From assembly GCA_048939465.1 (NCBI GenBank), contig JBHLPL010000008.1, forward strand, positions 1-32,000: DNA of 32,000 nt, given 5' to 3'. The stretch is from Promethearchaeota archaeon (GTDB lineage: Archaea > Asgardarchaeota > Odinarchaeia > Odinarchaeales > JBHLKK01). Every line of letters starts with the position of its first letter. The stretch's first letter is position 1. Position numbers and translations under genes: made by a program. The notes below the pieces were generated by a model. The model was not told the DNA's origin, did not search any database, and saw only the letters and a program-made list of their open reading frames with translations. Of the stretch, positions 1 to 9,531 are shown in pieces.

Positions 1-74
1 TCTGCAGAGATAAGGAACCTGAGTACAAAGAGGTTGAGAAGAATCACTGGGTGGCGTGCCATCTATACGATTAA
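1..74 (+). CDS. 3' end of an oligopeptide/dipeptide ABC transporter ATP-binding subunit (partial)
   Basis: The frame from position 3 reads CRDKEPEYKEVEKNHWVACHLYD* (TAA at 72-74), matching the C-terminal C..P..H.VACH motif of OppF/DppF-type ATPases. Confidence 0.8.
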   Translation, partial: CRDKEPEYKEVEKNHWVACHLYD

Positions 75-232
75 AACAATTCTAATCTCCCTTCCACCTT
101 TTTGGAATTTACGTGTAAAGCCTGTTTTTGTACATGTGTGTCCCTCTTCAGTCAGACATGCTTCTATTTCCGTTCTTAATAAAAGAAAAGGACTCTAAAA
201 AAATGCTAAGAATTTGGCAAAAAACAAAAAGA

Positions 233-240
233 TATAAATA
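233..240 (+). promoter_or_regulatory. Putative TATA box for the 310..2013 gene
   Basis: TATAAATA preceded by an A-rich BRE-like tract, 70 nt upstream of the ATG; GAGGAGG SD before the start. Confidence 0.4.
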
Positions 241-309
241 CTTAAAGAAAACATACTGAACGCCAAAAGTAAGGGTAGAGGAAAGTCTTCTAACTGAGGA
301 GGAAATACA

Positions 310-2013
310 ATGAAAAAGAAAGCAATATTGCTATTAGCAGTGCTCCTCGTTTTAGCCGTACCTTTAGCAATCCCATTAATGCCAGTCAGAGCCCAGAGTC
401 TTCAAATATCACACTCATTCACGGCAGGCTTGTGGGACGGATCCCCATACGTGGAAAAATCAAACGGAACATGGGTCTACCACGATCCCGCGGATGTCTA
501 TGACAATGCTACCGTAGTTACATGCCCGTGGGAAATGTCCCCTTCAGGATATGCACCACTGATACAATATATAAACTTCACAATCTATCCTGAAACCGGT
601 TCAACCGAAAACTACGTCGTACACAATTCTTCAGAAATTGACCCAGATACATTGGAGCCTATTGGACCCCCCGGTTCATCAGGTGATTATAGCTGGAACT
701 TGAGTAAATCGGTAACTGCTGCGTCTGCGGACGTAGGATTCTGGTTCAAACTCCAATTCCACATGGAGCTTACCAACACCTCAACATATGATAGTGCTAA
801 CGTTACAGTCTATTACTCGGATACCATTCCTTGTACAGACCCGAGTGTCACCGTAGATCCTATGGATTCATCTGATTCAGATAATTATGTACGCGGAACA
901 TTCTATATAGACTGGGCAGTGGAACCGGCCTTTGCCGACTGGATCAATGTAAGCGTTCTTCTGACAAATGGAACTGCCATCATTAACCAAGTCTATGACT
1001 GGATGACCTGGCCAGGATACGGATCGCATATTGTTCAGACAATAGGAGACGACGTTACAGATGGGGCTTATACTCTTTCAGTAATCGTCGTCGATAACAC
1101 GACTGACGATGACAATCACGGAGTATCTATAGTCGGCAACTACACAGCGATACTCACGGTTGCTAACAACTACTACACCCTGACTGATGCTAATGTATAC
1201 TTTGCCATGCCTCTGGTCTCCACTGAAAGCGAAGATGCCGTAGAAGGCGTTGTCAACATACTGTTTGAAATCGTGATGGGTTCACTAATCGATGTGGAAG
1301 GTCTGGGTTCAGACGTATTCGCCGATAGCTCTGCCGATGGGGTTACCAGCTGGTCAAACATATCCTGGTGCAACATGACCCTAATCTCACCTAACGCCAC
1401 AACACTGATAGGACCCAATGCAAGTATAGCCTATCTCTATTCAGACTACTGGCTCCCAAGCGGACTGTGGTATTTGGACGCTGTAGGCTTCATGTCAACA
1501 ATCGATACTGCTGAGTGGCCTGATGGAACATGGAGTGTTGAATACTTCGTAAATGACACTTCTGGCCATTCCTTAATTGTCGAAGGAGAGGTTCTAGCTG
1601 ATAACACGGTCCCTGCTGTTGCCATAACCTCGCCTGCGGATGGAGCAGAGGTCACCGGAGAGATATCTATTGATTTCACGATAACTGAAGTCAATCCAGT
1701 GTCAGTTAGCATATCAATAGGTGGTTTGCCGACTGATCTTGTCATCGGGGAACTCAACTTCACAGGCGGTACTAACTCATTCACCTTTGACACTACTACA
1801 GTCGGCGACGGAGAACTGGCCATTGAAATCAACGTTGAAGATAACAACCTGTTGGGCTCTGATTCAATTGCGGTGACTGTTGTCAATACCAGGAATTCAG
1901 CAAACAGCTTCTACAGTCAAGGTATGATTCTTGGTCTCGGCGTAGGCATACCGATATTCCTGCTGATTGGGTACGCACTTGGTTCAGCTCTGATGCGCGG
2001 TAAATTCAAATAA
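310..2013 (+). CDS. Secreted, C-terminally membrane-anchored surface glycoprotein with an Ig-like domain
   Basis: N-terminal signal peptide (KKK plus hydrophobic stretch), D/T/S-rich beta-type body, 17 N-X-S/T sequons, Ig-like motif PAVAITSPADGAEVTGEISI, C-terminal TM helix followed by RGKFK. Confidence 0.75.
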   Translation: MKKKAILLLAVLLVLAVPLAIPLMPVRAQSLQISHSFTAGLWDGSPYVEKSNGTWVYHDPADVYDNATVVTCPWEMSPSGYAPLIQYINFTIYPETGSTENYVVHNSSEIDPDTLEPIGPPGSSGDYSWNLSKSVTAASADVGFWFKLQFHMELTNTSTYDSANVTVYYSDTIPCTDPSVTVDPMDSSDSDNYVRGTFYIDWAVEPAFADWINVSVLLTNGTAIINQVYDWMTWPGYGSHIVQTIGDDVTDGAYTLSVIVVDNTTDDDNHGVSIVGNYTAILTVANNYYTLTDANVYFAMPLVSTESEDAVEGVVNILFEIVMGSLIDVEGLGSDVFADSSADGVTSWSNISWCNMTLISPNATTLIGPNASIAYLYSDYWLPSGLWYLDAVGFMSTIDTAEWPDGTWSVEYFVNDTSGHSLIVEGEVLADNTVPAVAITSPADGAEVTGEISIDFTITEVNPVSVSISIGGLPTDLVIGELNFTGGTNSFTFDTTTVGDGELAIEINVEDNNLLGSDSIAVTVVNTRNSANSFYSQGMILGLGVGIPIFLLIGYALGSALMRGKFK

Positions 2014-2033
2014 TTTAAACACCCTTTCCTTTA

Positions 2034-2040
2034 TTTTTTT
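2034..2040 (+). terminator. Archaeal oligo-T terminator
   Basis: T7 run 20 nt after the stop of 310..2013. Confidence 0.5.
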
Positions 2041-2103
2041 GAATTTTCAGCATGGTAAATCTTTTAACGGTATATCCTTCTAGAATTCTCAGGTGCTAGT
2101 ATT

Positions 2104-2553
2104 ATGGAGAGCCGTAATTCTAACATTGATGAGGACCAACCTACCCTGGTACTGAAGAGCCTGGACCAGGCGGCTAGAATACTCGATGATATTCTGGGCG
2201 CTCTTGATTCTGTGAGCAGAATGAGTGTCTCTCGTCTTATGCTAGGCTCTATCCTTTCCTACCCCAGGGGAATTGAAGAGAAGATGAAATATAAGAATGC
2301 CGCGATGGGTCTTAAGACCGTTAAGGAGCTTATGGACGTAGTTCGCAAGAATCAGGAGTATCTGCAGAATGAAGTAACTGACGACAGCGAATTCTTTGGA
2401 CATCTATTGAAGATCCTTAATGCTGATTTCGACGGAATGATAACTGTCCTTCTTCAATATAAGGGTGCCCGGGCGATAGGGCTTAGGATAAAAGACATCT
2501 TTGAAGAGGTAAGAGAAGTTGCTTCAACGATAAGGCATTTTGTCGAGAAGTAG
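2104..2553 (+). CDS. Hypothetical helical protein
   Basis: 149-aa ORF with protein-like composition filling the gap between the terminator and element A1; no recognised motif. Confidence 0.6.
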   Translation: MESRNSNIDEDQPTLVLKSLDQAARILDDILGALDSVSRMSVSRLMLGSILSYPRGIEEKMKYKNAAMGLKTVKELMDVVRKNQEYLQNEVTDDSEFFGHLLKILNADFDGMITVLLQYKGARAIGLRIKDIFEEVREVASTIRHFVEK

Positions 2554-2632
2554 CACATCGGGTTCTTCTGTAAATGAATGGATTTTCGAAAACAGTTCAG
2601 TTACCTCCCAGGCAGAGTTGGGGCAGTTCTAT

Positions 2633-2852
2633 CTTCTTCTCCGCAAGAAGACTCCACCCGAAAGCGTGAAGATGAATTGCGAGGAGTTTAAATAGTTGTT
2701 TTCACGAGAAGCATATTGAATTGAGTCGAGGTAAAACTCGCCAATTCTCAAATAGGGTGTCAGGGCAGGAACTGCCCGCAGAGCCTGTGAGACATGTCCC
2801 GGTGGGGAATGGATGAAACAGGAAGCTCCATCCGAAGGGTGGGGTAGTTCAC
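2633..2852 (+). mobile_element. Non-autonomous IS200/IS605-derived element, short class (copy A1): left end + TATA + omegaRNA-like scaffold + right end
   Basis: Left end CTTCTTCTCCGCAAGAAGAC-hairpin-GATGAATTGCG; TTTAAATA at 2687-2694; hairpins GAATTG/CAATTC and GGGCAG-GAA-CTGCCC; right end GGATGAAACAGGAAGCTCCATCCGAAGGGTGGGGTAGTTCAC, typical of tnpB-family right ends. Aligns with 8599-8824 and 23304-23524. Confidence 0.8.
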
Positions 2853-2888
2853 AAACCGGTTGTTCTTACTAGTCTTGGTGATTCTGCA

Positions 2889-4856
2889 ATGATCCCGATA
2901 CAGAGGGTAGTTTTATACAAACACGGAGTCGGATACTTCGAAAGGCGGGGAAAGGTCAGAGAAACAGCAGCGTTGAAATTAAGGTTCAAGAAAGCTGAGA
3001 TGAGTGATGTTTTGAAAAGCCTTTCTGTGATGGATTTGGGCGGTGGAAGGGTTTCTACCGTATCCTATGAGGCCGCTCCCACCATTTCGAAACTGCTTGA
3101 GAATATCGCAGTCAATGTACCTGAAACGAGTTCCTTAACCGAGCTGATAAAGCAAATCACTGGTATTGAGGTTGAGATTTCTTTCAACGGAGAGAAAACT
3201 CAAGGAAGAGTTCTGGGAATCGAGACCACCGTGGAAGTGGAGGATAAGGTTAAACGAAATATCGACCACATCGTCCTTTTGAAAGATGATTCAATAATTA
3301 CTGTGAAGCTTTCAGACATCAAGAATCTAGCTATTATGGATGAGGATGTTAAAAGAGATCTAGCGTATTTTGCGGACATCATTTCAGACTCAAAGAAAGA
3401 GGAGCTTAAGTCCGTTACCATTCTTTTTGAAGGAGAAGGAGAAAGAGATGCTGTGATATCTTACATGATTGAGGTCCCGGTCTGGAAAACAAGCTATCGA
3501 TTGATAATCTTTGAAGATCGGACAGTCCTTCAAGGATGGGCTATCGTGGACAATATCTTGGATGAAGACTGGGATGGTGTGGGGCTTTCGCTGGTTGCAG
3601 GACTGCCGATTTCATTTCGTCACGATCTGTACACTCCCCGGTATGTTGTCCGTCCTGAGGTAGAAGTTGAAGAAAGACTTGGGGTGGCTCCAGTAGAACT
3701 TGAAGAAGGGGCTGAAGCTGCTGAGCGGGCCGAGATGAAGGCATATGCGCTGGCAGATAGACCAGCTCCCGTGGGGGGTCCCGGCCTAGCTAAGAAGGCC
3801 AGAGCTTTCCGCAGTGCCATGGAACCACGAATGGACCGTGCAATTGAGACTGTTGAAACCATCGCGGAGGCCAAGGAAGCTGGAGAATTCCTGGTGTATA
3901 ATGTAACTGTGCCTGTTACCGTAAAAAGGAATCAATCTGCTCTTGTTCCCATTCTGACTAGTGATGTGGATGGAAAGAAAGTTCTTGTGTATCAAGAGCA
4001 TGCAAGACGCGGCAATCCGATCATGTGTCTTGAACTGACCAACAATTCCGATCTGACTCTGGAAAGCGGACCGGTTACTGTCTACGATGGAGGTGTTTAT
4101 TCAGGTGAATGCATGCTACCTTTTATGGCGGAGGGTGAAAAGCGTCTCTTACCTTATGCTGTTGATCTGGAAACGACGGTGACTCGTGAGGATAGAATGA
4201 AGGACGAATCCGTCCACAAGGTCATTGTACGGGGACCGGTTGTTGAGAGTCTATATTATAGAGCCCGTGAAGCCAAATACAAAATCAGGAACAAGACCGA
4301 TGAAAACAAGGAGATAATCGTAGAGCACGAAAAAGAGCATGGATTTGAGCCTGTTGATATGGAGAAGCCGAGCGAAGAGACTGCAAGCTATTATCGATGG
4401 AGAATAGCAGTTGATTCGAAAGAGACAACGGAGTTCGTTGTAAAACTAAGAAGGCTGATCTCATCAAGTTTGTCCGTTGTCGGAATTACTTCTTCCGTAC
4501 TTGAATTCTATTTGAGAAACAAATTAATCTCAGAAGAGGAATCTGAATACCTCGGCAAAATAGTCAAACTCTCTGAAGAGAAAACTGGTATTGAAGCGGA
4601 AATAGCTAAGTTAGAAGGTATGCAGAAGAAGATCTTTGAAGATCAGCCGAGACTGAGGGATAACCTTAAGGCGTTGGGCAAAACCAGACAGGAGGACGAG
4701 CTTAGGACGAAATATGTCACAAAGCTATCTGAACAGGAGGACGCTTTAGAGAAGCTCAAAAAGCGAAGAGATTCTTTGTCTTCGAAATCTCACAAGTTGC
4801 AGTTGGAAATTGATGCGGCAATCAATGAGTTTGCGAAGTCTCGACAAGACCACTAG
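2889..4856 (+). CDS. DUF4139/DUF4140-type protein with a C-terminal coiled coil
   Basis: N-terminal VVLYKHGVGYFERRG, central WKTSYRL and LQGWAIVDN..DEDW..V.LSLVAGLP motifs characteristic of the family. Confidence 0.75.
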   Translation: MIPIQRVVLYKHGVGYFERRGKVRETAALKLRFKKAEMSDVLKSLSVMDLGGGRVSTVSYEAAPTISKLLENIAVNVPETSSLTELIKQITGIEVEISFNGEKTQGRVLGIETTVEVEDKVKRNIDHIVLLKDDSIITVKLSDIKNLAIMDEDVKRDLAYFADIISDSKKEELKSVTILFEGEGERDAVISYMIEVPVWKTSYRLIIFEDRTVLQGWAIVDNILDEDWDGVGLSLVAGLPISFRHDLYTPRYVVRPEVEVEERLGVAPVELEEGAEAAERAEMKAYALADRPAPVGGPGLAKKARAFRSAMEPRMDRAIETVETIAEAKEAGEFLVYNVTVPVTVKRNQSALVPILTSDVDGKKVLVYQEHARRGNPIMCLELTNNSDLTLESGPVTVYDGGVYSGECMLPFMAEGEKRLLPYAVDLETTVTREDRMKDESVHKVIVRGPVVESLYYRAREAKYKIRNKTDENKEIIVEHEKEHGFEPVDMEKPSEETASYYRWRIAVDSKETTEFVVKLRRLISSSLSVVGITSSVLEFYLRNKLISEEESEYLGKIVKLSEEKTGIEAEIAKLEGMQKKIFEDQPRLRDNLKALGKTRQEDELRTKYVTKLSEQEDALEKLKKRRDSLSSKSHKLQLEIDAAINEFAKSRQDH

Positions 4857-4993
4857 AAGGAAGCCTTTCCCTTCCTGTTTTGACCTCACTCAGATTCTTG
4901 TCTCCAAATTCTTTTAAGAATAATTCTTTCAGGAAGAATATTAAGGCCGGGAATTTATCTTGGCGTGAACAGCGTTAGTTTGGAGGTCTTGAC

Positions 4994-5908
4994 ATGAGAA
5001 TCTTGACAACGGTTATTGGAAGCTACCCTGTGTGCGGTAACGAAGGTCCAGACGCTATTAGGGCAGCTGTAGATGTTCAGCTTAGTGCCGGCATAGACTT
5101 GATAAGTGACGGACAAGTTAGACATGATATGATAAAATACTTCACAAGTCATATTCCCGGTTTCGAGATAAAGGGGAACGAATCGGTAATAGTTGGTAAA
5201 ATCCATCCGAGTGATGACAAGTCGATAGCCGTAGACGATCTTATGCGGGTCAAAAAATATGTTAAGGGCAGAGCAAAGGTGAAGGGCATAATTACTGGAC
5301 CCATGACTCTTATCTCTTCATGTAAGATCACCAAGGACTCACCTTATGATAACATTTTTGATAGAAGGCTTTATGAGGATGCAGCTGAAGCTCTAGCAGT
5401 GGAAGCGAAGCAACTGACAAAGGCAGGAGCTGATTCCATCCAGGTAGATGAGCCCTTCTATTCTGTGGGAGTCCCTATGGATCTTGCTAAAGAGTGCGTA
5501 GAACTTATTGTTAACAGCCTTCGTGTACCCGTTTCCCTTCACGCATGCGGTGACATAGGAAAGGTATTCGATCGTCTGCTCGACTTCGATGGAGTGGACG
5601 TGCTCAGCCACGAATTTGCTGCCTCCCCCCGTAATCTTGAGGCCGTTACTCGACAGAAGCTTGAAGAGCACGATAAGAAACTTGGAGTGGGCTGTGTAAA
5701 GACGAATACAGAGCAAATTGAGACGCAGAAAGAGGTCTTGACTTTACTCAAGAAGGCAGCTGAACTGGTTGGTTTTGAGAATATGTGGATTCATCCGGAC
5801 TGCGGCTTGAGACTACTGAATTGTGATGTTGCAGAATTGAAGCTTAAGACAATGATGAACGCCACCCGACAATTCATTGAGGAGTCAGACATAGAGTCCG
5901 AGATATAG
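4994..5908 (+). CDS. metE: Single-barrel (core) cobalamin-independent methionine synthase, MetE C-terminal domain family
   Basis: GSYP and DGQVR at the N-terminus, IQVDEP, Zn ligands HACG / E (HEFA) / PDCGL; 304 aa, lacking the N-terminal barrel. Confidence 0.85.
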   Translation: MRILTTVIGSYPVCGNEGPDAIRAAVDVQLSAGIDLISDGQVRHDMIKYFTSHIPGFEIKGNESVIVGKIHPSDDKSIAVDDLMRVKKYVKGRAKVKGIITGPMTLISSCKITKDSPYDNIFDRRLYEDAAEALAVEAKQLTKAGADSIQVDEPFYSVGVPMDLAKECVELIVNSLRVPVSLHACGDIGKVFDRLLDFDGVDVLSHEFAASPRNLEAVTRQKLEEHDKKLGVGCVKTNTEQIETQKEVLTLLKKAAELVGFENMWIHPDCGLRLLNCDVAELKLKTMMNATRQFIEESDIESEI

Positions 5909-5942
5909 TTGTGGCTCTTAGTCCGTTCAATTCTCGGAGAGC

Positions 5943-7121
5943 TCAATCGATTCTAGGAGGAGCTTCCTTTCTGATTTCAGAAATTAGAAGATTGGAATCT
6001 AGGTATATTGTAAACGAGTGATCTTCATGTTTCAGTACCACGGGTACGGGGAATTTCTCGGCCTTTTCTATTTTGGATTTATCAATTGAGAATTGTATTC
6101 TACTACTGCAGTGCGGGCAGACAACAACCTTCGATATTCTTCTCAGAGGCTCTGGCTCTTCTTCGGGTTCTATCTTGAATGCAGTTCGTTTCTTATCTAT
6201 CCAGCTATGTATTGTAACTCTGGCTTCTGCCAAAAAGGACTTGAGATTGCTAAGCATATTCAGAACTGTAGTCTTGACTCGCTGCTTCTTGATTCCAGTC
6301 TCAGACATGAAGAAAAGTGATAGATTGTAACCCGGTTCCGGCTTCTCTAGAACCGTGAAGACCCCCTTCTCGCCCAGCTTTCGTGTGAGTTTGTTCAATA
6401 TGTAAAGGTCAAATTCATCTTTTACAGGAAATGCTAGTGACAAAACTGCGGAGTTGATGGTTTTTTTGGCGACTCCGTCACTGACTTTGAACTCCTGATA
6501 TTTCGCATGTTCGCATATTTCGTCACTAAACACACACGGATAGTCTGGTCCGTGGGTTGGACAGTTGAATGGTTCTAGATTCAATATTATGTCTAGTACT
6601 TGATCTACTCCCATGAGCTTAGGAGGTTCCTTAACATCAATTCTGCAGAACTCAGCGCCTTCCCACATGCTACTGGCGAGTTCAATCTGGTGATTTGGGG
6701 CCAGAGCAGTCGTAATCTGATTCGAGGCAGGGATACATACAAAGTTACATAAGGCCACTTTTGAGAATTGTTTTCCCCTCTCAAACGCAGGGCAGTGTGT
6801 GATCTTGAGTGTGAGATTGCCTTCGCCGAACTTCTTTACATCAAACTCAAAGCCAAGAATTGGCAAACTGTTTTGATAGAATTCTTCTGTGACATCTATT
6901 CCTTTTCCGACTATTCGAAGAGTGTTCTTTATCTGAGACATTAACGCACCCATCGATTTTTCCCTCTGCTCAGAAAGCAGGGTTGTTGCATCGCCCCCAT
7001 ATTTCTTCACGATCTCAGCGATGGCCTCGGTTTGAATTAGGAAGAGTGCATCATGCAAAATCTTAAGCCTCGATTGGATATCCGTTTCGGATACTCCATC
7101 CACTATCGGTCTGTCATCCAT
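5943..7121 (-). CDS. Multidomain protein: V4R-like domain + ARPC4 (Arp2/3 p20)-like domain + C-terminal CxxC domain
   Basis: HCP..LCNFVC..GAEFC V4R-like Cys pattern; [16 protein letters not shown]..KDEFD and [13 protein letters not shown] resemble the ARPC4 motifs [16 protein letters not shown]..ADEIE and RKPVEGYDISFLI; C-terminal VVCPHC..H..H domain. ATG at 7121 preferred because of a GAGGT SD; the ORF is open to GTG 7169. Confidence 0.7.
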   Translation of the reverse strand: [392 protein letters not shown]

Positions 7122-7275
7122 TTCTATTACCTCTGTCGGTGGGTTTGAATCATGTTCAAGCAAATACACTCGATTCTCACTAATAAAGTCTTTCTAACGA
7201 ATATGAGGCATAAGATAGAAAACATTTATTACACAAAATAAAGAGAACTTTATTCAATGATAAGGAGGCAAAATT

Positions 7276-7785
7276 ATGGGAAATCTGAGAATTTTCAGGA
7301 AAGCTCTGACGATGACTACCAGATCAAAAAGGAGGTTCTTTTCTGCTATTGGCATTTACTGCGTTCTCTCGTGGTGGGTTGCGATTTCAATACATCTAGG
7401 AGAAACCGTTCTCGCTATTATGGGAATCCTTGGCGGACTTATCGTTGCAGTTCTGTACGGCTTTGTCTTAACTCAATTTAGAAAGACTCAGATCGCCACC
7501 CTAAAATGCATAGGGTGGGGGAATGACAATATTCGACTTTTGATGATCGGTGAACTCCTGCTAGTTTCTCTCCTAGGATTCATCATAACGCTGGAAATAG
7601 ACATTCACATTTTGGGATTAAGTTGGTATGTTGGTGTAGCACCTGGTATAATAACTCAGTTTGTTTTCTCAGGTCTTTCTCTGGCTCTTACGTTTGTGAT
7701 AGTGATTTTCGCTCAAATGCCAGGAATTATTATCGCTCACTGGAGGACTCTTCAGGTTAGACCCATGGTGGCACTAAAGGCATAG
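7276..7785 (+). CDS. FtsX/MacB-family ABC transporter permease (short)
   Basis: Four hydrophobic segments, the motif RKTQIATLKCIGW..IRLLMIGE and the terminal RPMVALK typical of FtsX-like permeases; directly upstream of an ABC ATPase. Confidence 0.8.
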   Translation: MGNLRIFRKALTMTTRSKRRFFSAIGIYCVLSWWVAISIHLGETVLAIMGILGGLIVAVLYGFVLTQFRKTQIATLKCIGWGNDNIRLLMIGELLLVSLLGFIITLEIDIHILGLSWYVGVAPGIITQFVFSGLSLALTFVIVIFAQMPGIIIAHWRTLQVRPMVALKA

Positions 7786-7802
7786 AATGAGGGGGTTAAA
7801 AA

Positions 7803-8507
7803 ATGTCAAAAGAAGAATCCATAATTCTCGCGCAAGGCGTCTCAAAAGAGTACAAACGTGGGAGAGAAGTAGTCCAGGCGCTAAGAGGCGTGAACCTCGA
7901 AATCAGAAGAGGAGAACTTGTATGTATTTTTGGTCCCAGCGGAAGCGGTAAGACGACTCTACTGAATGTGTTGAGCGGACTGGACCAGCCTTCTGTTGGA
8001 CGTATCATACTGGATGGTACAGACACAAGTGTGCTGGATGAAAGACTCTTCCCCAGAATCAGACGAGAAAAAGTTGGTTTTGTCTTTCAAGATTTCAATC
8101 TAGTACCTGATATGACAACCATAGAAAACGTTGAATCTCCTCTCTGGCCCACTGATACCAAATCGAAAGCAATCGAAAACAAAGCCTTGGCCCTGCTAAG
8201 AGAGGTAGATCTCCTTGAAAGAAAAGATCACAGACCGAAGCAGCTTTCTGGGGGCGAGCAGCAAAGAGCAGCTATCGCTCGTGCGTTGGTTAACGATCCT
8301 ACTGTGCTATTTGCTGACGAACCGACGGGAAATCTCGATACCAAGACTGGTCAGGAAATCATGAGACTCCTCAGAAGAATTAATAAGGAACAAGGAACGA
8401 CCGTCATAGTCGTAACCCACGATCAGAGTCTACTGGAATATTCGGATAGAGCTTTCAACATCGTCGATGGAAAGGTATCGGAAGTTAAGTCGCGTAGGGC
8501 ATCTTAG
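7803..8507 (+). CDS. ABC transporter ATP-binding protein, LolD/MacB family
   Basis: Walker [10 protein letters not shown]-loop GFVFQDFNL, signature [21 protein letters not shown]. Confidence 0.95.
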   Translation: MSKEESIILAQGVSKEYKRGREVVQALRGVNLEIRRGELVCIFGPSGSGKTTLLNVLSGLDQPSVGRIILDGTDTSVLDERLFPRIRREKVGFVFQDFNLVPDMTTIENVESPLWPTDTKSKAIENKALALLREVDLLERKDHRPKQLSGGEQQRAAIARALVNDPTVLFADEPTGNLDTKTGQEIMRLLRRINKEQGTTVIVVTHDQSLLEYSDRAFNIVDGKVSEVKSRRAS

Positions 8508-8540
8508 GAGCTCGGTCTCCATTGCTCTACCGCCCCGCTC

Positions 8541-8548
8541 TTTTTTTT
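8541..8548 (+). terminator. Oligo-T terminator
   Basis: T8 run 33 nt after the ABC ATPase stop. Confidence 0.5.
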
Positions 8549-8598
8549 GGTGTTCCTCTTATATCAAGAGTTTTAAGAGCGTAGAACTAAGCTTTTAT

Positions 8599-8824
8599 CT
8601 TCTTCTCCGCGAGAAGACTCCGTCCGAAAGGATGGAGACGAATTGCGAGGAATTTAAATACCTGTTCTGACGATAGACATGTAGAATTGAGTCGAGGTAA
8701 AACTCGCCAATTCTCAAACATAGAGTCTCAGGGCTAGGAAATGCCCGCAGAGAGCCTGCAAGACACATCCCTTTACGGAATGGATGAAGCAGGAAGCCCC
8801 ATCCGAAAGGGTGGAGTAGTTCAC
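8599..8824 (+). mobile_element. Non-autonomous IS200/IS605-derived element, short class (copy A2)
   Basis: Same left end, TTTAAATA (8653-8660), identical GAATTGAGTCGAGGTAAAACTCGCCAATTCTC hairpin, and right end GAAGCAGGAAGCCCCATCCGAAAGGGTGGAGTAGTTCAC as copy A1. Confidence 0.85.
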
Positions 8825-8861
8825 ATCTCTTCAACGAATTACTCTCTGAGAGTGAGTCCAA

Positions 8862-9488
8862 ATGAGTTCTGGCAAAAAATCCATGAAATCCATAATAAAG
8901 AAGATGGATCAGAACATTAACGAGGTCAATGTGAAGCAGATCGATGACATGGTAAATGAGATAATCTATACAAAAGCTAAGGATGGAAGAATCTTTGTAG
9001 CAGGAACGGGCCGATCCGGTCTCGTAGGAAAGGCGTTCGCCATGCGCCTGTATCACCTAGGTTTTGATGTGGTTGTTCTTGGCGAAACCATAGTACCTTC
9101 AGCATCGAAAAGAGATTGTGTGGTGGCGATATCTGGTTCCGGTAAGACGGATTTCACGGTAGACACGGCAGGATTGGCCAGAAAGATTGGGGCTCGCGTT
9201 ATTGGGGTTACCAGCGAGGAGGAATCCCCACTCGCAAAGATAAGCGATATTGTTGTTATTGTCAAAGGTAGAACTAAGGAAATGGTGGATGAATCGAAGG
9301 AGAAATTCAAGTGGGATGCTAGGCAAATAACGGGCCTTCATGCGCCTCTGAGCCCTCTCGGCTCGATGTTTGAACTTACGGTAATGCTATTCCTCGAAGG
9401 GATAATTGCAGCCCTGATTGAGAAGCTGAAGATATCGGAGGATACTATCCAAGAAAGACATGCAAACATTGAGACCATTACGTCTTGA
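8862..9488 (+). CDS. hxlB: 6-phospho-3-hexuloisomerase (SIS domain)
   Basis: GTGRSGLVGKAFAMRLYHLG, VVLGET, AISGSGKT and PLGSMFE..E motifs, ending in RHANIE. Confidence 0.9.
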   Translation: MSSGKKSMKSIIKKMDQNINEVNVKQIDDMVNEIIYTKAKDGRIFVAGTGRSGLVGKAFAMRLYHLGFDVVVLGETIVPSASKRDCVVAISGSGKTDFTVDTAGLARKIGARVIGVTSEEESPLAKISDIVVIVKGRTKEMVDESKEKFKWDARQITGLHAPLSPLGSMFELTVMLFLEGIIAALIEKLKISEDTIQERHANIETITS

Positions 9489-9531
9489 GTACCTCTTGGT
9501 CTGTATTTATCACGTGGTGTCGCGGCTGGTT

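Noticed and set aside
8822-8833. The A2 end and guide share CACATCTCTTCA with 22904-22915; shorter matches occur for the B2 guide (13388-13398) and the A3 guide (23987-23996)
   Set aside because: The matches are only 10-12 nt, two of them include element bases, and none is preceded by the inferred TYYAT motif; this is compatible with chance, so there is no support for in-window targeting.
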